The position numbers and the translations under genes are program-made. A DNA stretch of 64,000 nucleotides, from positions 372,001-436,000 of the forward strand of contig NW_026933724.1 in the NCBI RefSeq assembly GCF_032062105.1, written 5' to 3'. Origin of the DNA: Saccostrea cucullata (taxonomy: Eukaryota). The number at the start of each line of letters is the position of its first letter. The first letter of the stretch is position 1. Below, piece by piece: positions 36,888-48,434 of this stretch. Below the pieces are notes generated by a model. That model saw only the letters and a program-made list of their open reading frames with translations. It did not search any database and was not told where the DNA came from.

Positions 36888-38135
36888 TATTCAGATTCAG
36901 CTTTAATATGAAGGGGTATCATGTAACAGTTGTGGTCTTTTAGTTTCTGACAGAGACATGTCTCTGGTTTCTGATCACACTTCACGCCCCTTGCTGCAAT
37001 ATTTTACCTTGAAAAGGGCAAATAACTTTATTTATAACAATTTATAGCACATCCAACCTGAACCGGTATTCACAAAAAAAATACCGCGATACGTATTGTA
37101 AAGAATGAAATCGGGATACACTGGTTAACCAGTAATAACGCACAGCACTAATTATCTCCCCTTGTTTAAGGGTCAATTTCCTAGGTTTATTAAAAACAGA
37201 TGCCCTTGGGCTCAAGGATACTAAGTGACAAATTTTACTAGGCCAAAGAGTTCTTGAGTTATGGCCCATATTATTTCAAAAACTTTAAAACACTCACAAA
37301 TGGCCAAAACATTAGCTCTTTCAGCATTTGGCTCAGATGAACTAAAAACTGTATGCACAGTAGATGTAGTCTTTTGAAAGTATTTCATAAAATTTTCTAT
37401 TTTTTAGTTACCAAGGCAACATCATGTTTAAAACTCAAAATCCAATTTAAAGATTTAAATGTCTTTTCTACATTTGTGCCCAGATCACAACTGTAGAAGG
37501 AGAAGCGCAAGTTGTTACAGTTTTCAAAGGTAACTTGTGAAATTTGGATTTCAATGAATTTAAATGAAATATATGGAGATAAAAGTGTGCACAATTATTA
37601 TATTTATATGCTAATTTATGGGATAATTGTTTTGAATTAAATTGTGTCAAAACAATATGTATTTTTGTGTCCCTCTCCTAACTTAAATAACAGAAATTAT
37701 AAAATTGTACACTTCTGAACTGGAGGCATTTTTCACAAAAGAACCTGGGTAGGATATCAAAATTCTGTCATTTGTACTGTCCTACACCGTGAAACTAACA
37801 CACCTAGAGTATTTCATAATTACTGACTGGTAAAGTTCTACTGACTTTCACATATGATCACCCTTAAAGAAAAGACAATATCTTCACAAGCTTAAATTTC
37901 AAGTCTTCTTTCTTTTAAATCATTGATTCATTAAACAATTTCGTTCAAAATAGGAAACAAATTTAGAAGGAAAGTATCACATACAAATTAGAATTTGCAT
38001 GACACAGCCAGGCTAAATTTGTAAGTATTATTTAAAAAACAAATCAAATATGCAATTTATATAATTCATTTACTACACCTGAAAATATTCTTTTTAATCT
38101 AATTTTAATCTGAATTCTATTTTTTAAAGCAAAGC

Positions 38136-39268
38136 ATGGATACCAGTGAGCTGTATGCTTTGGAGACTTGTCGGAAAGACATCAGTAATAATCTTCTGGT
38201 GACCGATGCTGTTCTACGTCGACTGGAAAGTACGGACATGATATCCCACCGGGATAGAATGTGTTTCATGGTAATCAGTCTCATAAAACAATTCAATTAA
38301 ATAACTACACTTAAGGACAACTCTAAAGCAATCTTGCTCCAAAACAAAATTTACCTGCTTTTGTGCAACAATGATTTATTTTACAATAATGAATTCTGGT
38401 TTTTTTTTTGTTTCAGAGAATAAGACAGAGTTCAAAGAGAAACACCCAATTAGCAGAGATAATGCGCAAGAAAGAAAAAGGTTTCAGTGCATTTACGGAA
38501 GCTTTAATGCTTGAGAGGAACATAAACCAATACTGTGTGGATAAAATGCAAAAAATGGTGAAGCACCATAAGCAGCAGCACAGGCTCAGAGAACTAAAAG
38601 AAACAGATCTTGTCACAGATGGAAAACCATTCAGGGACACGAAAAAATGTCCCAAGCCCTCAGTGGTGTTTGAGAGCTTCTACAATTCAGTGGCTCCACT
38701 GGTTCATGGTGATAATAAAGAAAACTGTATGGAAAATACAGAGAAGCAAAGCTGTGATGGCAGTGACATTGTGAAGGCCCTCAAACACTGCAGAATGGCA
38801 CTGGATCCCAAAGAGGAAAATTCAGATGTTTCATTAAAAGACCTGCAAAGCAAATACCTTCAGAAGAAACTGCAGACCATTGCCGATGATCTTCGATCAG
38901 AAAGAAGCATGTGGAAGAAAAGGATGGAAAGTCTCCTAGTAGAAAATGATGAATTAACAACAAAAGTGGAAGAACTTGAAAGTGAGCTACAGCAGGAACG
39001 GGATGAAAAAGACAAAATAATTCGTGAAACAGTGGACAGAATTGTCAAAGAGAGGCTGCTTCGACTAAATCACGTAGATACTAAAACTTCCTCTAAACCC
39101 AGTGTGACCATCAACATTCACAACCATGGACATTTTCAAATGGGTGGTACTAATGCCATGGACCTGGACTCTGATTCAACATCAGAATCGGACCAATCAG
39201 AGAAGCCGGACTATGAGAATCAGAATACACCGGACTTCCCTGGTCTGGCAGACAGCGTTCTGTATTAA
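38136..39268 (+). CDS. Array gene 8: CARD-like + coiled coil + RHIM-like tail (exons 38136-38270, 38417-39268; 328 aa)
   Basis: Spliced N-terminus MDTSELYALETCRKDISNNLLVTDAVLRRLESTDMIS..|RIRQSSKRNTQLAEIMRKKEKGFSAFTEAL fits the six-helix CARD pattern. GT-AG intron keeps the frame. Confidence 0.82.
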
Positions 39269-39344
39269 TTGGGACCAATTTTCAAAATCTACATCAAACT
39301 CCTATTATCAATGACTTTTGAATGCTTCTGTGTGTTGTTTTACT

Positions 39345-39482
39345 TAAACAATAAAATGTTTTCTTTGGTTGTTAGTACAGAAATTAATGTCGCAGCTTCT
39401 GCAGGAAAAAATACACACAAAAATACAACAGCTGCGACATTAATCCCTGTACTTACAACAAAAGAAAGCATTTTATTGTTTA
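39345..39482. repeat. Fold-back palindrome downstream of array gene 8
   Basis: aaacaataaaatgttttctttggttgttagtacag..ttaatgtcgcagct / agctgcgacattaa..ctgtacttacaacaaaagaaagcattttattgttt. Confidence 0.8.
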
Positions 39483-41104
39483 CATTTATATCCAAATAAT
39501 CATTTAAAGTATGATTAAAAAGATTAGTTACTGTATTATTGATATGTATCACAGTACATTTCATTGATAGAACAGCCACTGATCAAGAAATCTGTACAGG
39601 TAATATGCCTAGTGTTGTTCATGAACTGATAAATGGCAATAGTTTTCTTAAGAAATAAAGGAGAAAATATTCAGTGGATGTAAATATTTTTTTTTGAAAT
39701 GGAATTAACTTAAGTGCGCAACTTGAAATGATTTTTTACTCTCAACCTTCAATGATATTAAAGTAAATATTAAGTGCCACAAAGTAATATGTTTTCATAT
39801 ATCTATATATATCAGATTTTAATTTATATGAAAATCATTCAGATCATCATACTCATTAACCCTAAGTTTATATTTTCTCATTCCTTCAAGAAATTTATAT
39901 AGTCCTATAATTCTATTTTAATAAAGCCTTCCTTTCTACCTACAGGTAAAAATAAATAATCAGAACTTCAATGTAACTCTTCATAAATTTATCAAAGAAT
40001 GCCATATAAATAAGTTACAAATAGCCACTCTAAAAGAAATTTTAGGGATACTTCTCAATATAGGTCTACTTCAAATGATCTTTGTTTACACAAAGTTCTT
40101 AATCTCCCTCAATACACAGAATGAGGGGGTCCATGTGATAATTAAAGGACAGACAGCTGCCAAAAAGGAGTACAATATTAGTGTCAATACCCCAATACAC
40201 ATTTAAAAAGTAGAGGAAATTTATTGACAGTACTCCAAACTAAGGAGTTGAACAGCGTCCAATCACCAAAATAAAGGCAATAACACGGAGAGAATTTAAA
40301 TATCCCTAGGTTGGACACTCAACATAAGGCTTTTAATTCTTGGTCATTTAAATCCAAGGTAGTCATTGACGTCACAAAGTAAATGAAATACTGACACAGT
40401 TCTAATGTAATGTTCACATGCGTTTGGGAAATCCCAGCTATTGGCACCACGATCGGACGGGTGGCATTCACAGCCTTGACCAACTGAGATTTCTGTGGGT
40501 AAGTACATAGAGTCCTCCTATCTAATACAATATGTTACATTTTTCATAACCCTTATGGTCAATTAATTTCGACAGTATTGGAAAGTCTTCTGTTCCAAGT
40601 CCTGCATAATAAAATTAAATGATAGTGACAACTGACTTGCGGACACTATCCATCAAAAGATAATTTCATGAGAATGAAATACCAATTTCAAACTATTTTT
40701 CAATTTTTGAAAGACACAATGATTAATATTTTTTTTATCTTGAAAATATTCTTTGTTTGAAATTAAGATCATATCAAAAAACGGGGTTTCTGTGTAACCA
40801 AATCAAAATTCACCTGAGGTCTTTAACTGTCATTTTTTAACAACTGTATCAATATCAAATCATTCTCTGAATTTTTAATTTATCTTACATGTTTAAGTAG
40901 TGATAAGCATGCTCCTAAAATACTGATTTTTTGCCAACTTTAACCCGATTTACGTCACGCAACTCTAAAATTGGTGTGTCTCCGTCTACTTTACTCATTT
41001 AAATGTCACAGGAGAAGACGAAAGGTGTTATGTTTTGAGAGAGGACAAGCAAATCAATTTCTTTTTTATTATCTTAAACAGGACCTTTCTCAAGAAACAC
41101 AACA

Positions 41105-42247
41105 ATGGACCCAGCAGAACGTCAGGCTCTACATAATGTTAAGGAGGAACTCCAGAATTGTGCCGTTATCACAGACAAGATGCTGGTTCACTTCTTACAG
41201 AACCAGAAAATCACAAAGGCTGAAAAATATGAACTCTCAGTAAGTAGATCTCACTTTTCCTTTAAAAGAATCTATATAAAGTTACTTTTTTTTTATACCT
41301 TAATTCATTAACTTTATCATAACTTTGAACAAGAAATTAATTCTTTCACTTGATTTTTACAGAGGCTTGGTGCCAACTGTCAGAGAGTAAAGAGAATACT
41401 GCAGATCATGAAGAACCGAAAGGAGTCTCTGAAAACTCTAACAGAAGCACTTCTTCTTGATGTGAAAAATGACTACATTGTTCAGAAACTTCGGAAGAAA
41501 GTTCGATTCTGTCGAAAACGCCTCCAAGCTCAGGAAAACCAGACATCCTCATACTTTGGGCAGCTAGATGATGTGGCAGATATTCTTTACACACGTGGAT
41601 ATTTGACAATATATGGAGAATCTAAAAAAGTCACTGCAGGGACAAGCCATCAAGCTCTGGTGGAGGACATTAACAAATTCGTTGGAGATATCACCAAATG
41701 TCGCCAGAGTTTGGAGCCTTCAAGTGAGAGACAGAGTTTTCAAGAAATCATCGCCGAATACAAAGAAAAGAAACACCAGGAAATTGAAAACGCAAAACTT
41801 GTGTGTGCCAAACTTGTGAAAAGCAAAAACAGTGACCTAGAAGATAAACAGAAGCATATCAAAGACTTACAAGATGAACTTACGAAACTGAAAGTAGAGA
41901 ATGAATCCATGCGGAAGAAAATGGGAATAGAAATCAAAACTAAGGTACAGGAGAATGTGGACCGGCTTCTAATGCTTCCTCGTCTGTCTCCCGCTGATCC
42001 CGTACCTTACGTCGAAACAGAGGAGGATATTCTGGACAGGAAGTTACGGCAGCGTTCCTCGGTAAAACGCCCCGAGCCTCAGGAACATGCTCTTTCCGAC
42101 TCGGAGTCTGACTGCGAGTCTGACAGTGATCTTCCTGTGTCAAATAAAATGACCACCTCCACGACCCAAAAAGGATCAAAAATCGTCCATAACTACAATA
42201 TCTATAACAACCATATGTACAGTGACACAAAAATTTATCAAAATTAG
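41105..42247 (+). CDS. Array gene 9: CARD-like + coiled coil + N/Y-rich tail (exons 41105-41239, 41363-42247; 339 aa)
   Basis: MDPAERQALHNVKEELQNCAVITDKMLVHFLQNQKITKAEKYELS|RLGANCQRVKRILQIMKNRKESLKTLTEALL. Donor gtaagt and acceptor tttacag are in frame. Clear paralog of gene 10. Confidence 0.88.
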
Positions 42248-43558
42248 ATAAAACTTTGTAGTGAATCGTAGATAGAAAATTGTTATGTTTTGTTAATGTT
42301 ATTAGAATGTTTAACAATTTGTTAAATTTGTTACAAATAAATTTATTAAAGTTTGTGGTTTTCTTCTTCAAATGACCTCCATACTTATATGCCTGCCAAA
42401 ATTCCTTCCCAGAATTGGTCTACCATCTTGAATTGGTGCCAAAGTCAATACTGACCACCTTTACTTACAATGCCAGAGTTAAGGGGACAAAGAATGGAAA
42501 AAAAGACCCCATTGACAGAAGGGATTTAGCATGGCTTAAAACTGGATAAAGCCATTAAGCTTAAACAGAATACACTACTTTTTGAGGAATAGATCAATAG
42601 ATTTTGGGGGAAAATATTCAATAAAGATAAAATAGGACCAATTCCATTTTAAAGTTGCAAGAAAAAGCTTGCAGAGAGTGACTCATTTCCTTCTTTTTTA
42701 GAGAGGGGAAACATAAATCTGAACCAAATTAATGTTCATTTTAATCTTCCCTTTACTGGTACTTTCAACTGACTTAACTGCATATGATATTACTGATACT
42801 AACCACAACTGTGTCAAATGTAATGGTCATTCAATTCTTTTTTAGTAGCAACTACATGTCACCTGTCAATACGTGCATATTGAACTCACTGTTTATAAGT
42901 ATATAAATCTGGGTACCCCAATAAAACCCTCCTTGGTTTACATAATACTGTTAGCTAAAAAAGATTATCAAGTTATACATGAGATTATTACACTCTTATT
43001 GGGCAATTCAAATAAAACACCAAAGGAATTCTAAGTACAATATGCATATCTATGGAATAAAAGCTTTATTTAAAGTGTAACAGGGCATTTAAATCCATAG
43101 CGATGACTCATAAACAGGTATCAATAGTACTTACAAAGTGTTTAAACAGAGACAAAAGCAGTTATCGTGAGTTCCAAATCATTGATTTTAATGCCTGAAC
43201 TGAATATAAAAAAAATATCCACTGAAATAATTTCTAACCACAAGAACATTAAATCAATTGCAGATTTCCTGATTTATGCCTTGTTTATTTTTTATTCATT
43301 TTGTAGACATATGTTTAGTCCTAAGAAAATTATTATAGTACACAATACCTGAGCGGTACTAATTAAACTATACGTCATGCAGAATTAACTTAAAAGGACA
43401 TCGTTACTACCGGGTAAATGAAATGTTATCTTGATCATGCCATTTCTTGATAAACAAGCCTGATCTAAGTTATTTGATGTCTCCGTTGATCACAAATATT
43501 TATGCACAGGCATGGACTGTGAACTATTACTATACACGTTCATGTTCATTTCAGTAAA

Positions 43559-44371
43559 AACAAGATGTGTTTGTGAAACATGATGCCCCCGTATGGCAAC
43601 ATAGCAAAGATCAAACTTTTCTTAAATGCAAGTTTAATATATTGGTACCAAAAGTAGGGTATTTTCACTGGAAATACAATTGTGAAATATGAAAGTAGAC
43701 TGAGGATAAAAATTTTATGGAAATCTTCAAGGTCAAGATCATTGGGATCCAATGAAAGGTCTTGCCACAAAAAATACATATGTAAAGTATGGAAGCCCTA
43801 GCCCTAACCGTTAAGAAGTTATGGACAAGGTTAAAAATTTTTAAAAGTAGGTCAACTCCAAGGTCAAGGGTCTTGCTATCAAATGAAAGGTCTTGTCAAA
43901 AGAATTAAATATGTAAAGTGTGAAAGCACTAGCCCTAGCCCTTTAAAAGTAATCATCAAATTTCATGGTCTAGGTCAAAGGGTCAAAGTTCTTGATATCC
44001 AATGAAGGGTCTTCTTACAAGGATTACATATGTGAAGTATGAAAGCCCTATCCCTTACCGTTAAAAAGTTATGGCCAAGGTTAAAGTTTTTTTTATAAGT
44101 ACAAAAATCTCCAAGGACAAGGTCAAAAGGTCAAGGTAATTGGTGTCCGATGAAAGGTCTTGCCACATAGAATACATATGTAAAGTATGGATGCCCTAGC
44201 CCTAACCGCTCAGAAGTTATGGTCAATGTTACAAAATTTTAAAAGTAGGTCAAGGTCAATGGGTCAAAGGTCTTGCTATGAAATAAAAGGTCTTGTCACA
44301 AGGACTAAATATGTAAAGTATAAAAGCACTATCTCTAACTCTTTAAAAGTAATGGTCAAGGTTTGCTTTTT

Positions 44372-44402
<31 letters not shown>

Positions 44403-44908
44403 AAGTTCTTGCTATCCAATGAAGGGTCTTTTCACAAGGATTACATACGTGAAGTATGAATGCCCTATCCCTTACCGTTCAAAAGTTATGGCCAAGGTTA
44501 AAATTTTTTCACAAGTAAGGAATTCTCCAAGGTCAAAGTCAAAAGGTCAAGATTGTTGGTATCCAATGAAAAGTCTTTCAACAAAGAATATATATGTGAA
44601 GAAAAAATGTCCTGGTATCTACTGTTCAAAAGATTTGGCCAAAGTAAAAGTTTGGAATTTTTGTGTAAAAGTGGGTCAAACTCCAAGGTCAAGGTCAAAA
44701 GGTCAAATTTGGTGCTACCCAAAGAAAGGTCTTGTCACAAGGAATACATAGATAAAATATGAAAGTCATAGCTCCACTAAATCAAAAGTTATGGGCAAGG
44801 TTAAAGTTTTTGTGAACAAACAGACAGAGAGACAGACAGCTAGACAGACAGATGGACACAACAAAAACTATATACCCCGAAACTTCATTTACGGGGGCAT
44901 AAAAAAAT
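43559..44908 (+). mobile_element. HINE/Helentron-type element with ggtcaagg satellite
   Basis: aacaagatgtgtttgtgaaaca start, tandem units, (GACA)n microsatellite and terminal ccccg..cgggg hairpin. Confidence 0.75.
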
Positions 44909-47900
44909 GTGAAAACATGTATACATGTGTAATCAAAACTTCGAGAGATAGAGGGTAAAAAATCAATGAAAAGTGTGTACATTTAATGGGACCCAGATCT
45001 AAGTTCGAGAGAGATCTCAAGTTCTTGAGTTTAGGAGTAAATTAGTTATATAGAGGAAAAAACTGGACCAAAGTTCACTTCAAGAGATTGAGAACTTTGA
45101 GAGGTCAGAGTTCGACCCATGGAGAGTCACCTGTATTGTCATAGCAATTCAATATCCATGCAATCAAGTTTAGCAAACTAGAACAATGCATCTGTAAGGT
45201 TTGATCAGCATAATATAATAGATCTACTCAGAGAAGGGGTAGGTTGATTTTTGTGCTACAGTAACTGCTTTTCAAAAGCAATTTCTATCTTTCATCAAAC
45301 TCTTATTCAATTTTTTGCACTTTTTCCCCAAGGTTAAGGATTTAAACATTGGTAATGCCCACTCTGATAAGATTGCCTCTCAAATAAAATTTACAGGCAA
45401 TATAATCTTCTGAATGAAAGATGTATCACAAAATAAGGATAAAACTGAACACAGAGGGATCCTTAAACAAGTGCCAATAAATTACTAACAGAGTCGGTAT
45501 TTTACCCTCCTCTGGGGAGGGTCAACCCAGACCCCCAACACGAACATGTATAAGTAAGAACTAGGTAAATACTGCCGGCTTCCAATTCAAATATTCAATT
45601 CAAATCAGCCCAGATACCACTCTGAGAAACTCAAATTAGACCTTTCAGATTTTGATTTGTTGGTTATCCAGAGAAATTCTTTTGTAGATATCAGTTAACA
45701 ACTACCTGGGAATTTGGAAACAACCTCATATTATCTTGAATGCAAAAATTGATTTTATTGGAATCACACTGAAAGCATGATTTGCATTTTGAAATAAACC
45801 TTGAATTTCAACACCAATTATTATTTCATGTAATTATCGAATTGCTTTTGCCAAGCCTTTAAAAAGTTAAGCAATAAAAAAAAACTTCTGTTTCTTTTTT
45901 AAATCTGATTCAATACTGCGGTGAATGCACAATTAAGAAATTTTACACAGCACCATTCGGTTGAATGCTTACATGCAAACTAAGAAGAATATCTGAATTC
46001 CAGGAATATTACATTTGTCAGTGGAAGACCAAAAGACCTTGTGCTTCAAGAATAACTCTGATGTATGATGTAATAAATGTGACAAAAAATGCACACTGCT
46101 AATCCATTTCTTATGATTTTGGTAATTAAAAGTAAAATTTCAAAAATATTTCAGTCTAATTGCAACAGATGAATTTCTGTCAGTTAAATTGTATACATGC
46201 ATGTATATTTATAATCTTTTATACAATTAAGACAATAAGTAAGAAATTGAAGTAAAAAATTGAACTCTGTTTTTCTCTCAACCTTCGATCCTAGATTAAA
46301 ATTAACGGTCAATTTAATTTTTCTATCACATTTTAATCCTTGTGCATAGTGCCCAATTTTTATGGCACAAAATGTAAAAAACAAAAAAAAACAACAACAA
46401 CAAAATTAGAAAATTAGAATGGAAATATTAAGCTCATTAAACATTAAGACAGGAACAGTTAAAATATTTTATTTAAAAAAAACACAAAAAAAACAGGAAA
46501 TAAGAATTGAAATATTTTAAGTCCATTATAAACACATGACAGAAAAGGTTGAAAATCATTAATTTAATAGCAGTAAAATCCAATTGCAGGTATATATGTA
46601 CCTAACATGAAGAATGCCTCTTCTAATGGCTTTACAAATGTATAGTGATTTAAGAGAATTTTTTAAGAAAGACCAGCAATCAGGTAAGAATCTTGCACCC
46701 TATAAAAATCCTATCAATTCTATTAAATCACCAAAAGTAACATATATACATTTAATTTACTACGATTCCTTGTGTGTGTGACGTCAATTGGATTAAAATA
46801 CAAGTGTACAGCGAGGGGTGACTTACCACTAAGGTGAAGGAGCTACAGTTAGAAGGATTTATATCAGTACTGTAACTAAACTAACTACCCAAAGGCAGCT
46901 GTGGTCTGGGAATAACCTAAATTAATGGTAAGTTATATTTTTCTTGCTTCTTAAAAATTAATTGATGTGATTTTTTTTCAAACATTGTCATTTATAAAAT
47001 ATAGACTAATAAAATGGATAAGATTTATAAAATTCATTTGAATACAATCTATACTTCACAAAATATTTTAAATCTTTATAAATATGAAGTTATTAAACAG
47101 AAGCCAAGCTTAAAAGTACACTGAAACTAAACAAATTGAGAGCAAACACAGAACTCTAAAATATGAAAGGTGGGATCAGGTGTCATGAAGGAGTAAACAT
47201 CCCCTGTCATCCCATCACACTTGCTGTGTGTTCCCTCTCAAGATTGGTCAATTAGTTGATTCTGAGGTCATTTTGGTAGATGCTAATTTACAGTCTTCAG
47301 AGATAGTACATAAATATCATTATTGTAAAATCAAGAAATAGCAACTGCATTTTCATATAAACAGATGATTTTTTTCGTTAACTTAAAAAAAAATTAAATA
47401 CTTGATAACATGTTATCATCTTTTATTTAATGTTTTAGCAATTAATATCAAATATTACAAATAAAAGCAAATCAAAAAAAATGAAAATCCTTATCAAGCA
47501 ATGACAGTCAAATATTTTTTTATGTCTAATAAAAAAGGGTATGTAAAGAATATACAATCGGCCCAAATGTTGAAGACATTTTGGGCCTTTTTTTAAGTTA
47601 ACAAAAACATTTTCCCATACAGTTCTTATCCGATTTTTTTTCTATTTACTGCAAAGAAATCAATAACAGATGTGGGGCCCTATACCTCAATTATTTTTTT
47701 TTAATAACAAGTGGTTTTAACTGATCAATTAACATACTTAAAATTGAGAAATTTAGAATGTGGGACTAGTGCATGACTTGTTCAAATTTAATGCATTTTT
47801 ATTTTTAGGTTGTTTGATAACCCCTTCATTTTAACAGGAATTATAAACCAAATTGTCAGATCTACTTCATTCACTTTTGAGGTGAAAAAAAGGGAAATGA

Positions 47901-48434
47901 TCTTTGATTAATGGTCTTCAAAAGTTTTGGAGAATTTACTAGATTTGCCTCTATTGGGCTGTAATTTTTTAAGAGTGTAATAAAAAGAGTATACTTGTAA
48001 AATAAAGATTTTTTTCTTAAAATTGTATGGTAAAAAAAAATGTATAGAAAAACATCCTTAATTCAAAAATAGGTAGAAATCAAAGAGAACCTGTCATGAA
48101 TAAGACACTGGTCCTCTTTATCACAGAGTAGGGAAAGGGAATATATGCAATCAGAAAATAAATAGGGGGTTTTGGGGTCTACTTCTCAAGATCTCAATCC
48201 TGCAGTTCAAGGAAAAACAAGTAGACCAATACAGGTGGTGGGCTACTGTCTTTTTAAATTCAAACACATGGATGACTCACCGTTTGGCACCAGGTTATCG
48301 TCTTTTGTTTCAAGACTGATACTAGTAATCTTTAGTTACATAGGATCATTATAGGTTTAGTCTAACTTTGAACAATTCCATGAGAAAGTCTCAGACCTCT
48401 GATTTTTCTTTGAAGCAGAGGGAATATTCAGAAG

